A program made the translations under genes and the position numbers. This document shows, one piece after another, positions 7,215 to 18,403 of a DNA stretch of 64,000 nt (positions are counted from its first letter, which is position 1; each line of letters starts with the position of its first letter). Source of the stretch: Cyclobacteriaceae bacterium (GTDB lineage Bacteria > Bacteroidota > Bacteroidia > Cytophagales > Cyclobacteriaceae); the NCBI GenBank assembly GCA_965227935.1, contig CBDDGS010000037.1, positions 1,098 to 65,097 on the forward strand, read 5' to 3'. Under the pieces are notes generated by a model. The model did no database searches and had not been told where the DNA came from. It saw only the letters and a list, made by a program, of their open reading frames with translations.

Positions 7215-10121
7215 ATGATATTCAAAACCCGATTGCTCGCTGCAACTCTTATGCTGGTTGTGGTTGGATGCTTTTACTCCTGCGAAAAACCTCTGGAATC
7301 AGATCCACTCGCCTGGCCGGAAATCACGAATGAGACCAAACCCTGGACCCGATGGTGGTGGCATGGCAGTGCGGTGACCAAGGAAGGGATCACGTCCGAA
7401 CTGGAGCAACTGAAGGGCATAGGTATTGGCGGTGTAGAGCTCACGCCGATCTTTGGCATCATCGGGAAGGAGGAGCAATTCATCGACTACCTCTCGCCGG
7501 AGTGGATGGAGATGTTCATGCACACGCTGAAGGAGGCCGAGCGATTGGGTCTGGGCGTGGACATGGCAACAGGAACAGGTTGGCCCTTTGGCGGGCCCTG
7601 GATCGGGGCAGATCACGCTCCTAAGAATATGGTCTCCAAGAGTTTCGAACTACAGGGAGGAGAGAAGCTAAGCGAACCCGTCCAATACACCCAGGAGCCA
7701 CTGGTTCGATCCGTGACCAATATGGTGTACCAACTCTATGGCATTTACCGGGTACCGGGGGAGGAGATCACTGGATCTATGAAGGAGCCAGAGTTTCTCG
7801 AGCAGCGACCGAGGTTGAATATCAGTGACATCAACGAGCCAATTTCCAGCAACACGAATCTCCAGGCTTTGGCGCTTGACCAGGTAAGATTTGAAAAAGA
7901 GTTGCCACTGGTGACATTGATGGCCTATAGCGATGCGGGTCAGGTGGTGGATTTGACCGAGCGAGTGGCTGAGGAGGGGATATTGGATTGGGTCGCCCCG
8001 GAAGGATCTTGGGAACTTGTCGCGCTTTTCCAGGGATGGCATGGCAAGATGGTAGAGCGGGCAGCACCAGGAGGTGAGGGCAATACATTGGACCACTTCT
8101 CAGAGGGGGCGATCAATACCTATCTGGCGCGTTTTGACAGTGCCTTTGCAGATGCGGACATCAGCTACCTCCGCGCCTTTTTCAATGATTCCTATGAGGT
8201 GGATGACGCGCGTGGGGAAGCAGACTGGACGCCGGAGCTATTCGATGAATTTGAGCGAAGAAGAGGTTACGACCTGCGCCACTACCTTCGCGAGCTATTG
8301 AGTGGGAGTGACGATGAGATGTCCCGGAGGGTCCTTTCCGACTACCGTGAGACCATTGGCGAGTTACTGCTGGAGAAGTTCACAAACAATTGGGATCAGT
8401 GGGCTGAAGCTCAAGGAGCACTCATTCGAAGTCAGGCGCACGGATCCCCCGGCAACCTGCTGGATCTGTATGCGGCCAGTGATATTCCCGAGACGGAAGG
8501 CACCGATCCGATCGCCAGTCAGTTTGCCTCCTCGGCGGCCCACGTTTCTGGCAAGCGGCTGTCCTCCTCCGAGGCTGCTACGTGGCTGGATGAGCATTTC
8601 CTCTCGTCCCTGGCTGATATCAGGGTAAATGTGGAGCGGTATCTACTGAGCGGTATCAACCACGTGTTTTATCATGGGACGGCTTATAGTCCCGACGATG
8701 AGCCCTGGCCCGGTTACCTCTTTTACGCGGCCATCCACGCCAACGATCGCAATACCTGGTGGCAAGACTTCGGTCAACTCAATCAATACATTGCCAGAGT
8801 GCAGTCGTTTCTGCAGGCGGGTAAGCCTGCTAATGAGGTGCTCGTGTACTTCCCCATTCATGATCTGTACGCTACTCCAGGTCATGAGAGGCTCGTTCAC
8901 TTCGACCTGGGAAGGGGTGCCTTCGAAGAGTCATCCGCTGATGTAGTGGCCACATGGCTCCGTGAAAATGGGTACTCATTTGATTTCATTTCCGATGCTC
9001 AGTTGCTCACAGCAACTGGTTCATCTTCCATTACAACCGCTGGCTGCGATTATCAGGTGCTATTTGTGCCCGGCTGTGAATACATGCCCATCTCGACGCT
9101 GCAGAAGATTTTGGAGTTCGCCCAAGCCGGGACAACTGTCATCTTCGCAGAAGGGTTTCCGCAAGGTCCTCCGGGCATGACAGACCTGGAGAACCGACAG
9201 GCGAGATTTGATCAGTTGGTAGGGGAATTACAAAAAGCAGAGGGTGTAACTACGACCAACGACATTGCCGTAGCGTTGGCTTCTCAATCTGGTGTCAGAC
9301 GGGAGCCGATGGTCGACCTTGGTCTCCAGTGGATCAAAAGGGATACCGGGGAGGGGAGCTACTATTTTGTTGTCAACCAGAGTGACACGCCCATTGACGG
9401 CTACGTCCCGATGTCGGCCCCTGCAGAAGGCGCAATCATCTTTGATCCTGAAACAGGGATCAATGGCGTGGCGCAGACACGTACCAACGAGGTGGGAATT
9501 GAGGTGTACCTTCAGCTGTTTCCGGGTGAGTCTTTGATCGTGGCCACTCACAGCAACACCCTTCCAGGGACTTCATTTCCCTACTTCGAGGAGCGAGGCG
9601 AGCCTACTGTACTAAGTCGTCCGTGGGAGGTTGCTTTCCTGAGGGGAGGGCCCACATTGCCAGAGCCTGTGACTGACAGAGACCTTTTGCCGTGGACCTC
9701 TTTGGAAAATGAAGGTATTTCCGAATTTTCCGGTACAGCTTCCTATAGGACAACTTTTGATCGTCCTGCCGGAGAGGTGTGGAAGCTCGACCTGGGAACA
9801 GTAAAGGAGAGCGCCCGTGTCTTTGTCAATGGTAAGGAGGTCGGAACACTCATCGGACCGGAATACTCCCTAACTCTTGTTGCCGCCGATCTTACGCCGA
9901 CCAATACACTCGAGATCCAGGTGACTAACCTGATGGCCAACCGCATTGCTGATATGGACAAGAAAGGCGTCTTTTGGAAGAAGTTTTACAACATCAACTT
10001 CCCAGCGCGGCTGGCTGCCAACCGCACCGCCGGCCTTTTCGATGCTTCAGCATGGGAGCCAATGGAATCGGGTTTGATCGGGCCGGTGACCATTACTCGG
10101 TTAAAAGAGAAGTCGTTCTGA
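7215..10121 (+). CDS. large lipoprotein glycoside-hydrolase-like protein (family unresolved)
   Basis: Lipoprotein signal (..VVVGC). The KPWTRWWWHGSAV and GIGGVELTPIFG motifs are recalled from roughly 950-1100-aa Bacteroidota glycosyl hydrolase / jelly-roll proteins. Confidence 0.7.
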   Translation: MIFKTRLLAATLMLVVVGCFYSCEKPLESDPLAWPEITNETKPWTRWWWHGSAVTKEGITSELEQLKGIGIGGVELTPIFGIIGKEEQFIDYLSPEWMEMFMHTLKEAERLGLGVDMATGTGWPFGGPWIGADHAPKNMVSKSFELQGGEKLSEPVQYTQEPLVRSVTNMVYQLYGIYRVPGEEITGSMKEPEFLEQRPRLNISDINEPISSNTNLQALALDQVRFEKELPLVTLMAYSDAGQVVDLTERVAEEGILDWVAPEGSWELVALFQGWHGKMVERAAPGGEGNTLDHFSEGAINTYLARFDSAFADADISYLRAFFNDSYEVDDARGEADWTPELFDEFERRRGYDLRHYLRELLSGSDDEMSRRVLSDYRETIGELLLEKFTNNWDQWAEAQGALIRSQAHGSPGNLLDLYAASDIPETEGTDPIASQFASSAAHVSGKRLSSSEAATWLDEHFLSSLADIRVNVERYLLSGINHVFYHGTAYSPDDEPWPGYLFYAAIHANDRNTWWQDFGQLNQYIARVQSFLQAGKPANEVLVYFPIHDLYATPGHERLVHFDLGRGAFEESSADVVATWLRENGYSFDFISDAQLLTATGSSSITTAGCDYQVLFVPGCEYMPISTLQKILEFAQAGTTVIFAEGFPQGPPGMTDLENRQARFDQLVGELQKAEGVTTTNDIAVALASQSGVRREPMVDLGLQWIKRDTGEGSYYFVVNQSDTPIDGYVPMSAPAEGAIIFDPETGINGVAQTRTNEVGIEVYLQLFPGESLIVATHSNTLPGTSFPYFEERGEPTVLSRPWEVAFLRGGPTLPEPVTDRDLLPWTSLENEGISEFSGTASYRTTFDRPAGEVWKLDLGTVKESARVFVNGKEVGTLIGPEYSLTLVAADLTPTNTLEIQVTNLMANRIADMDKKGVFWKKFYNINFPARLAANRTAGLFDASAWEPMESGLIGPVTITRLKEKSF

Positions 10122-10288
10122 CGCCGAGTAAAGCTTTAAAGACCAGTTCAGTCTTTCTTAAGTAAAGGCAAAGGATAGGTGGTTTTAGTGATTCTAGTCA
10201 CGAAATCGATTTCCATTTAAAGAATTTTAATTTGAAAGGGCTCTTTTCTTGCAAATTTTTTGGTTTTGTAATTATTCACACTAAATTG

Positions 10289-10309
10289 GTCAACCAGTTT
10301 CTGGTTAAC
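10289..10309. promoter_or_regulatory. candidate GntR operator (inverted repeat GTCAACCAG-TTT-CTGGTTAAC)
   Basis: The core AACCAG-N3-CTGGTT is perfect and 8 of 9 positions match in the extended arms. It overlaps a second palindrome, TGGTCAACCA (10287-10296), and ends 10 nt before the regulator ATG. Confidence 0.4.
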
Positions 10310-10318
10310 TAGAAGACA

Positions 10319-11032
10319 ATGGCACAAGAACTACTAAATACATTCAAAGAGATAGTCATCGAGAAGCCCGGAGATAAGATTATCACGCAGATCCGGGAGC
10401 TAATCAGCTCAGGCCAGCTCAAACCTGGTGACAAGCTGCCCTCTGAAAGAATGTTGAGCGAGAAATTTGGAGTAGGACGGACTTATGTTCGCGATGCCAT
10501 TCGTAAGCTGGAGTTCTATGGGATCTTAAAGACATTACCTCAGAGTGGTACAGTCGTAGCCGGCATCGGTATTACCGCACTAGAAGGCTTGATCACCGAC
10601 GTCCTTGGACTACAAGGCAACGATTTTCATTCATTAGTTGAAACACGAGTGTTACTCGAGACCAACTCTGCCAGGTTTGCTGCGCTTAGGAGAACGGATG
10701 AGGACATCGTAAAGATTGCCGAAACACTGAGTGCCTATGAAGAGGCAGTGAAAGCAGGTAAGTCCGCGGTAGAAGAAGATTTACTTTTTCACTTGCAGAT
10801 TGCAGAGGCCAGTAAGAATTCTGTCCTCAAGTCTTTGATGCTGATTGTCACCCCGGATATTTTGACCTACTTCAAAGCCAACAACGTCTGCGAAGGCCCT
10901 CGCCCGAAGCGCGCATTGGACGAACACCACCAGATCTTAGAACACATCAATAGAAAAGACGCGGAGAGTGCGGAAGAGGCCATGAGGGAACACCTGAGTG
11001 ATCTGTTGACTTTCACCTCCGATAAATACTAA
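10319..11032 (+). CDS. GntR-family transcriptional regulator, FadR subfamily
   Basis: Winged HTH LPSERMLSEKFGVGRTYVRDAIRKLEFYGIL plus an all-helical FCD-like C-terminal domain. It heads the alginate locus. Confidence 0.9.
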   Translation: MAQELLNTFKEIVIEKPGDKIITQIRELISSGQLKPGDKLPSERMLSEKFGVGRTYVRDAIRKLEFYGILKTLPQSGTVVAGIGITALEGLITDVLGLQGNDFHSLVETRVLLETNSARFAALRRTDEDIVKIAETLSAYEEAVKAGKSAVEEDLLFHLQIAEASKNSVLKSLMLIVTPDILTYFKANNVCEGPRPKRALDEHHQILEHINRKDAESAEEAMREHLSDLLTFTSDKY

Positions 11033-11282
11033 CAATACCTAATAACTACTTAAACCAATCTATGCTTATGCCCAACAATACGATTGATTGACAAAAGAAC
11101 AGGCCAGCTCAGAGCAGGCCCGTATGGCAGGAAACGGACACTCGTTCAGGCCCTCGCGAAAAAGTCTGTCACGCGTGTGTTCCTACTTGTAACGCTAATT
11201 TAGCGCTATTTTCTTATAAAGCGAAGAGACCCATCATCGACCTGCCCGACTCCATCGGTCCCTTCACGATCTTAAAAAAAGT

Positions 11283-14200
11283 ATGATGAAGTTTTATTTT
11301 TTGAAACATTCAGTGAATGCCTGCATGTTCTTTATGGCATTTGCTTTGATGCTGGTTATACCTGCAAGTGCGCAGGCCCAGCGGGTTTCGGGTACGGTGG
11401 TGGATGACACCAACTCACCAATTCCCGGATTGACGGTACTGGAGAAGGGTACCAGCAACGGGACGATTACTAACGAACAAGGCGAGTATGCGCTTAGCGC
11501 TGGAGGAGATGCCACTCTGGTATTTTCCTTTATTGGTTTTGTCACTCAGGAAGTCCAGGTGGGAGGACGTTCGCAAATCGACGTAACGATGTCGGTCGAC
11601 CTTCAGGAGTTGGAAGAGGTTGTTGTCGTAGGATACGGTACTCGGAAGAAGTCACACAATACCGGCGCGATCGCGCAGGTGGGAGGTGAGGAAATCGCCG
11701 CCCTCCAGGTAAATCGTGTGGACGATGCTTTGGCAGGAAAGCTGCCGGGAGTGTACATCCAGAATCAAAATGGAGAGCCTGGCGCGGATCCAAAAATCCA
11801 AATCCGAGCTGCCTCCTCAATTACGGGCAATTCTGATCCTCTGATTGTAGTGGATGGGTATCCCATATCTGGAAGTTTGGCCACAGTCAATCCAAACGAT
11901 ATCGAGAGTTTGGAGGTACTGAAGGATGCAGCCTCAGCGGCAATCTACGGGTCGCGGGGAGCCAATGGTGTGATTCTTGTCACTACTAAAAAAGGAAGAT
12001 CCGGCAAGGCTTCCTTCAGCTATAACATGTTTGCCAGTACCTCGCACAAGTATCGTAAGGATAATATCAATCCGACTGCAGGGGAGTGGGCCGAAACGAT
12101 CGAAACCAATATAGCCAATGGCTCATTCGATGTTTCTGAGATGGATCCGGAGCTGTTGGATTACAGGGTCAACGCTTTCAAGAATTCACCTGATGTAGTC
12201 GCGGTGGAAGACTGGCTCTTTGACAACGGTAGCAGTATGAACCACGACTTCAGCGTCAGTGGCGGCACACAGGACGTCAATTACTTCGCCTCCATGGGCT
12301 ACCTCAATACTGAAGGAATCGTTAGAGATCAAGGGTTTGAGCGATTCAATGCAAGATTGAACCTCGATGCCAAATTGGGAGACCGGTTCAAGACTGGATT
12401 GAATATCACAGGCTTTGCCTCTGAAAGAGATATCGTAGGATGGGACATGAGAGACATCCTACGAGCCTATAGTGTTCACCCGATTTATCATACGGAAGCA
12501 TCCATTGCCTTTGTCCAGCAACTGGACCAGCAGGCGCAAGCTTTGGGGCTGGCTCCATTCGATAATGGTTTCAGAGGTGGTGCTGATGCTCCGTGGAATA
12601 GCAGTATCTACACGCTGGAGCCCGGTATGACGGCCCAAGACTGGCATTATGGAAGGTCTGGCAATGGTATTGGCGGCTCAGGTGATGCCGGTCCCGCTAC
12701 GAAGCTGGACAATACAGACCGATGGGAAAAGACCTACTTTGCCAATATCAGCTCATACCTCCAATTCGAGATCATCGACGGCCTCAATATCAAGACGGTC
12801 CTTGGGGGTGACTTCAACGATACCAGAAACTTCTACTCCAGAACTTTGGAATTCGATTCCCGTGCGAGAAGCACACAAACGAATCTGGACCAGACGGATA
12901 CAAAAAGGACTTCGGTTTTGAGTGAGACGACCTTGAATTACTCGCAGGAGTTTGGTAGCCATGATATCTCTGCAGTGGCAGGTGTCGAATTTCAGAACTT
13001 CTACATCACTGGCCTGGCCTTGGACGGCACCAACGTGCCCTATGGACAGCCTTTAAATTACGCCCTGCTTGATCCTGCGGACATCAGCGTGTCAGAGCGA
13101 AATGAGACCATTGCTCGGAGAAGCGTCTTCGGTCGAATCAACTATGCTTTCGATGATCGCTACCTGGCGTCTGTATCACTAAGAAGAGATGGCGATTCAC
13201 GGTTTGGGGAGAACAATCGGTGGGAGACGTTCCCCGCCCTTTCATTGGGATGGAATGTGCACAACGAAGCTTTCTACAACTCAAATTTCCTAAGCAATCT
13301 GAAGCTGCGGTTTAGTACTGGGTCCCTTGGAACTACTTCTAACCTAGGAGCCTATAGCTCACTGAGTCTCTTGAATCCACAGGCGTCAGTGCTTGGAAAT
13401 GCATTCCTGATCCCCTCAGATGTGGCCAATCCTGACCTGACCTGGCAGACCAATACAGAAACCAACTACGGTGTCAACCTAGGTTTCCTTGGCAATCGTT
13501 TCACATTGGGTGTTGACTTCTACACGTCGAACATCGAAGAGATCTTGATTGATCAGAGTGTATCAGAGGTATTGGGTACTACTTCAGTAAGACTCAATTC
13601 CGGCGACGTGAAGAGTTCGGGATTGGAATTTGAGTTGTTTGTCGATGTTTTGGAGAAGGGGCCAGTGACATGGACCATCAACGCGAACTTGTCGACTGTC
13701 AATACGGAGATCACGGACTTGGGTGGTCTTGATGAATTAGCTCCCACCATCTATGGACAAAGTGGTCGAGGTCCTGTTTTCAGAAACTACGTAGGTGGCG
13801 AGATCGGCGAAATGTGGGGATTGGAGACCATAGGACAAGTGGAGATGGTTCATGTGGAGGATCCCACTAGAAACAATGGTATCAGCAGTGGTGAGTACTA
13901 TGTAGTCGACCAGAATGGTGACGGTGTTATTGACCGAACAAGAACCGTCGCTGAAGGCGGAGACCTTGTCAAAATTGGTAGCAACGTTCCGGATTTCTAC
14001 TGGGGACTTTCCAGTTCATTGAGCTACAAAGACTTCGATATGTCATTCGTCTTCCAGGGAGCCCAGGGAGGTGACGTCTTCAATATCGATCCACTGTACT
14101 ATGAGTCACAGTGGGGTGGAAGACTGCGAGACAGCTTTGATGCCAACGACGACGGTATCGCTGATCACAATGGTGAACACTATGTTCGCGCAAGGGACCA

Positions 14201-14486
14201 AACCGATGCTATGGTCCAGGATGCCTCTTATGTAGCCTTGAGAAATATGACGATTGGCTACACCCTCAACCCACTGTGGGTCAACAAAGTAGGCATCAGC
14301 AATGCGCGTGTGTATCTGGCTGCCACCAACCTGTTGTACTTGTGGGCAGACGACTACACGTCATTCAACCCGGAAGGCGTGGAGACCACCAATTCCGGAT
14401 ACCTGGGGCCAACAACTTACGGGGTTCAAGTGGGTGCCAGCCCTATTACCCGAAGCTTCACTGTTGGTTTGAATGTTAATTTCTAA
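11283..14486 (+). CDS. SusC/RagA-family TonB-dependent outer-membrane transporter
   Basis: Signal peptide, then a carboxypeptidase-regulatory-like N-terminal domain (VSGTVVDDTNSPIPGLTV), a plug region (VVVVGYGTRKK) and a long beta-barrel ending in Phe. Confidence 0.95.
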   Translation: MMKFYFLKHSVNACMFFMAFALMLVIPASAQAQRVSGTVVDDTNSPIPGLTVLEKGTSNGTITNEQGEYALSAGGDATLVFSFIGFVTQEVQVGGRSQIDVTMSVDLQELEEVVVVGYGTRKKSHNTGAIAQVGGEEIAALQVNRVDDALAGKLPGVYIQNQNGEPGADPKIQIRAASSITGNSDPLIVVDGYPISGSLATVNPNDIESLEVLKDAASAAIYGSRGANGVILVTTKKGRSGKASFSYNMFASTSHKYRKDNINPTAGEWAETIETNIANGSFDVSEMDPELLDYRVNAFKNSPDVVAVEDWLFDNGSSMNHDFSVSGGTQDVNYFASMGYLNTEGIVRDQGFERFNARLNLDAKLGDRFKTGLNITGFASERDIVGWDMRDILRAYSVHPIYHTEASIAFVQQLDQQAQALGLAPFDNGFRGGADAPWNSSIYTLEPGMTAQDWHYGRSGNGIGGSGDAGPATKLDNTDRWEKTYFANISSYLQFEIIDGLNIKTVLGGDFNDTRNFYSRTLEFDSRARSTQTNLDQTDTKRTSVLSETTLNYSQEFGSHDISAVAGVEFQNFYITGLALDGTNVPYGQPLNYALLDPADISVSERNETIARRSVFGRINYAFDDRYLASVSLRRDGDSRFGENNRWETFPALSLGWNVHNEAFYNSNFLSNLKLRFSTGSLGTTSNLGAYSSLSLLNPQASVLGNAFLIPSDVANPDLTWQTNTETNYGVNLGFLGNRFTLGVDFYTSNIEEILIDQSVSEVLGTTSVRLNSGDVKSSGLEFELFVDVLEKGPVTWTINANLSTVNTEITDLGGLDELAPTIYGQSGRGPVFRNYVGGEIGEMWGLETIGQVEMVHVEDPTRNNGISSGEYYVVDQNGDGVIDRTRTVAEGGDLVKIGSNVPDFYWGLSSSLSYKDFDMSFVFQGAQGGDVFNIDPLYYESQWGGRLRDSFDANDDGIADHNGEHYVRARDQTDAMVQDASYVALRNMTIGYTLNPLWVNKVGISNARVYLAATNLLYLWADDYTSFNPEGVETTNSGYLGPTTYGVQVGASPITRSFTVGLNVNF

Positions 14487-14496
14487 AGACAATAAA

Positions 14497-15810
14497 ATGA
14501 AGACTGTATATATATTTTTAGGAGCATTGCTGCTGATCACGGCGTGTGCCGAAGATTTGGATCAGTTCCCACCGAACATTGAGAGTTCGGGCTCATTGAC
14601 AGATTTTGAAGGAGTACTCAATGCTGCCTACTACTATCAGCATGCCTCCGCCACACCAATGGCGGTAATGGGAGACTTCCGGGCTGACAACGCCTTTATG
14701 TTCGAACCTCCTTATACTGAGTTTGACGTTTTTGGACCTGGTTTGACCGCAATGGAAGATCAGTTTTTCAGTCCTTTGTATTCGGGACTATACAAGTCCA
14801 TATTGAGTGCTAACAACGTCATCGAAAACTCGGCAGTCGCGACGGAGGTGGCTGAGGCCAAGTTCTTGAGAGGGTTGTCATATTTCAAACTCGTACTAGT
14901 GTTTGGAGACGTGCCAGTCAATCTATCTTCCACGCCGAGTGTTTCTGATCCATCCATTTTGGAGCGACAGTCAGCGGCAGAGGTTTACACAAACGTGATC
15001 ATTCCTGACTTGCAGGACGCGATTGCCGGGCTGGATACGGAAATCGTCGACGGTCGAGCTTCTCAACTGGCGGCTCAGGCATTATTAGGGAAAGTACATG
15101 TGCACCGAGGCGACTTTGGTAGTGCCCAATCGCATCTCGCAGCTGTCGTCAATGGCGCAGCGGGTGCCGGCATCGCCTTGCAGGAGAACTTTGCCGACAT
15201 TTTTGGTGAAGCGAATGACCTGAATTCAGAGATCATCTTTGCAACGCAAATTTCAAGCTCTATTGTCGATGAGTATGGCTTCTCAGAGTTCTGGTCATGG
15301 TCTGGCGGATTGGATACCAAATCCCTCAATCCTCTAGATCAGGACCTCGTTGACGCTTTTGATGCCAGCCCTGGAGATCTTCGAAGAGATGTGACGATCG
15401 ATACAGCAGTGATGGCTTCTCCGAAGTTCCCTCAAACCGGGGGCCCTGATCATGATTGGATTGAGATCAGGTTGGCGGATGTCATCATGCTATATGCCGA
15501 GACGTTGAACGAGACAGGCTCCTCGGCTGAGGACGTGCTTGACTTGCTCGATCCTATCCGCACAAGGGCCGGACTGGATCCATTGGATCACACAGTGCTG
15601 AATACACAAGCCTTGGTACGCCAGGCTATTCAGGACGAAAGAAGACTCGAGCTGGCCTTTGAAGGGCAACGATGGTTCGATTTGGTACGAACTGGCACCG
15701 TCGATGCAGAGATGGGGGAGACAGTGGATAGCCGATATCACATCTTTCCGATCCCTATATCAGAGGTGCTTGCGAGCTTCGGCGTCATCACGCAAAACGA
15801 TGGCTACTAG
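14497..15810 (+). CDS. SusD/RagB-family nutrient-binding lipoprotein
   Basis: Lipoprotein signal MKTVYIFLGALLLITAC and a C-terminal ERRLELAFEGQRWFDLVRTG motif. Lies directly after SusC. Confidence 0.9.
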   Translation: MKTVYIFLGALLLITACAEDLDQFPPNIESSGSLTDFEGVLNAAYYYQHASATPMAVMGDFRADNAFMFEPPYTEFDVFGPGLTAMEDQFFSPLYSGLYKSILSANNVIENSAVATEVAEAKFLRGLSYFKLVLVFGDVPVNLSSTPSVSDPSILERQSAAEVYTNVIIPDLQDAIAGLDTEIVDGRASQLAAQALLGKVHVHRGDFGSAQSHLAAVVNGAAGAGIALQENFADIFGEANDLNSEIIFATQISSSIVDEYGFSEFWSWSGGLDTKSLNPLDQDLVDAFDASPGDLRRDVTIDTAVMASPKFPQTGGPDHDWIEIRLADVIMLYAETLNETGSSAEDVLDLLDPIRTRAGLDPLDHTVLNTQALVRQAIQDERRLELAFEGQRWFDLVRTGTVDAEMGETVDSRYHIFPIPISEVLASFGVITQNDGY

Positions 15811-16159
15811 AGCTGAGTTCTCTTCATAGCAATATAAACCGTGAGGTGGTGGGTAACTGCCCGGGCGATAGGCTCGGGCAGGATCCCTGCCTTACCAATC
15901 TGGATTTTTTTAGTGGGCACAGCAAAGTGCTGCTGACCCATACTTGTCGGAGGTAGGTCCATATGAACTATCGCCTCCCAACGAGACAATTTTTCGAAGT
16001 GCCAAAATACCGATGAACTGGATAAGCGGAGCTTTTTCTGAAGTCTCAAACCCACGCGTCTATCAACCCAACAATGGGCCAGGGAGCCTTTTGAATCGAT
16101 AAGATATTATGAGCCGGAACTACATCATTAACCACGTGGAAAAAAATCAAAGACGCTTC

Positions 16160-18403
16160 ATGCAGGGGTTAAAGTTAGTACTTGTACTAGCTGTGCTGAA
16201 TTTCTGGTGTACCTCCTGTCAGCAGGAGGGCACTGGCAATTTTGTTCGCAACATCGAAGAGTTCAATGCCGCTGTCGCGACGGCGCAACCAGGGGCAGTC
16301 ATTACTATGGCGAATGGTACCTGGCAAGATGTCGAACTTCGACTGATCGCGACAGGTGAGGAGGGCAACCCGGTCAAACTTCAAGCGCAGACTCCCGGGG
16401 AGGTGATCATCTCAGGCCAATCCAACCTCGCCTTCTCTGGTGATTATATCGAGGTATCAGGCCTCGTTTTCAAGAATGGCTATACACCTACCAGTGAGGT
16501 CATCTCTTTCCGTACGTCCAAGGATCAACTGGCCAACAATAGTCGTGTGACGAACTGCGTCATCATGGACTATTCAAACCCTGAGCGCTTCGATGGAGAC
16601 ACTTGGGTTGCCATTTACGGCAAGAACAATGTCTTCGACTACAACACGATGATCGGTAAGGGAAACCGCGGCGTGACCCTGGCTGTCAAAATGGATACGG
16701 AAGAAAGCAGGGAAAACAACCACATCATCGAAAACAACTACTTCGGGCCTCGAGAGATCCTCGGGTCCAACGGAGGGGAGACCTTGCGGGTGGGCACAAG
16801 CCACTACTCAAGGATGTATTCCAACACGATCGTTCGTCGCAACTATTTCGATCGTGTCAACGGCGAGCATGAGATCATCTCCAATAAGTCTTGTGGAGAT
16901 GAGTTTCGCGACAATGTATTCTTTGAGTGCCAGGGGACGCTGACAATGCGACACGGCCACCATACTTTGGTCGAGAACAACTACTTCCTGGGCAATCGAA
17001 AGCCCAACACAGGAGGTATTCGGATCATCAACGAATACCAAACGGTGAGAAAGAACTACATGGCGGGCTTGACCGGACATCGGTTTAGGGGTGCGCTTGT
17101 TATCATGAATGGAGTGCCCAATTCGCCCATCAACCGCTACAATCAGGTGATCGACTCATACATGGACAATAACATCGTGATCAACAGTGATTACATCCAA
17201 TTGTGTGCGGGAAGTGATGAGGAGCGGTCGGCGGTGCCCATTGGGTCGACGTTCAAAAACAACCTGATCCTCGGGAATACCAATCCCACGCCCTTCACCA
17301 TCTACGACGATGTCTCTGGTATCGAGTTTCAGGGAAATGTGATGAATGACGAGGCCGAAGCGCCATTCGAAGAGGGGTTTGAAAAAGTCGCGCTAGACCT
17401 CTCCAGAAATGCGAACGGACTGCTGGTCCCAGACCAGGCGCTGATTGACCGCATCGAGTTTGGGGAGGTGAAGCTTCCAATTACCAAAGACGAGGTAGGG
17501 GCCAGCTACTATCCGAAGGATGGTGCCTCGCGCACCTTCAATACCGGTAAGACCATCAAAGTGCCAGCAGGAGTGAACACAATACTTGACGCCCTGGCCG
17601 AGAGTGCTTCAGGGGATATTCTGCAATTGGAAAATGGAGGTGAGTACCTGATGACGAAGTACGCTTTCGTATATCACCCGATCTCCATCGTCACTCCACA
17701 GGGTGAGAAAGCGAAGATCCTTTCTGAGAAACAGAGCTTCTTCAAGATCGAAAACGGCGGTGCTTTCCTGGCGAAGAACGTCCTGTTTCACGGGGCGGAG
17801 TCACCTGACCAGGCAGGCAACAATGTCATCAGCACGAGCAAGTATTCCATGAATAAGAATTACGCTGTACATATCGAGGACTGTGAGGTCGTTGACTTGG
17901 ACAAGAACCACTCGTTCGACTTTCTCAAGTCCTACAAGCACACGTTTGCCGACTCCATCAACATCATCAATTCGAACATGACCAATGTAACGGGTGCGGT
18001 AATGACTTTGGACATGGAAGTCGAGGACTTGGGAATCTACAATGTCGAGAATGTCAAGATCATCAATTCCACATTCACGGACGTGAAGCATGAGGTGGCC
18101 AATGTGTACAGGGGAGGCACCGACGAGAGTACGTTTGGCCCCATCATGACCATCTCCGATGTCACCATCAAGAACTCCGGGAAGGGTCAGAGGAACAAGG
18201 TGAAATCCGTGCTCAAGTTTCACGGCGTCCAAAAGCTCAATGTTTCCGATGTGGTCATCGAGGACAGTGAGGGGATAGACCTGTTCATGACCAATGGTGA
18301 GCCCATCACTCGGATCGAGAATGTGTCTTTTATCAACTCGTCGGGACTTGCCACCAATCATGATGGGTATACTGCCAGCAACATAACCAGCCGAAGCAAG
18401 TGA
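16160..18403 (+). CDS. alginate lyase, PL6-like (parallel beta-helix, two-domain)
   Basis: Lipoprotein signal at ATG 16160 (alternative start 16109). NGGETLRVG motif and a Lys..Arg pair 21 residues apart (EIISNKS .. TLTMRHG), as in PL6 lyases. Confidence 0.85.
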   Translation: MQGLKLVLVLAVLNFWCTSCQQEGTGNFVRNIEEFNAAVATAQPGAVITMANGTWQDVELRLIATGEEGNPVKLQAQTPGEVIISGQSNLAFSGDYIEVSGLVFKNGYTPTSEVISFRTSKDQLANNSRVTNCVIMDYSNPERFDGDTWVAIYGKNNVFDYNTMIGKGNRGVTLAVKMDTEESRENNHIIENNYFGPREILGSNGGETLRVGTSHYSRMYSNTIVRRNYFDRVNGEHEIISNKSCGDEFRDNVFFECQGTLTMRHGHHTLVENNYFLGNRKPNTGGIRIINEYQTVRKNYMAGLTGHRFRGALVIMNGVPNSPINRYNQVIDSYMDNNIVINSDYIQLCAGSDEERSAVPIGSTFKNNLILGNTNPTPFTIYDDVSGIEFQGNVMNDEAEAPFEEGFEKVALDLSRNANGLLVPDQALIDRIEFGEVKLPITKDEVGASYYPKDGASRTFNTGKTIKVPAGVNTILDALAESASGDILQLENGGEYLMTKYAFVYHPISIVTPQGEKAKILSEKQSFFKIENGGAFLAKNVLFHGAESPDQAGNNVISTSKYSMNKNYAVHIEDCEVVDLDKNHSFDFLKSYKHTFADSINIINSNMTNVTGAVMTLDMEVEDLGIYNVENVKIINSTFTDVKHEVANVYRGGTDESTFGPIMTISDVTIKNSGKGQRNKVKSVLKFHGVQKLNVSDVVIEDSEGIDLFMTNGEPITRIENVSFINSSGLATNHDGYTASNITSRSK

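Noticed and set aside
15807-16055. 82-aa minus-strand ORF in the susD/PL6 spacer
   Set aside because: Implausible composition, opposite to the operon direction, and overlapping the susD stop. The spacer more likely holds the hairpins at 15857-15891 and the PL6 promoter.
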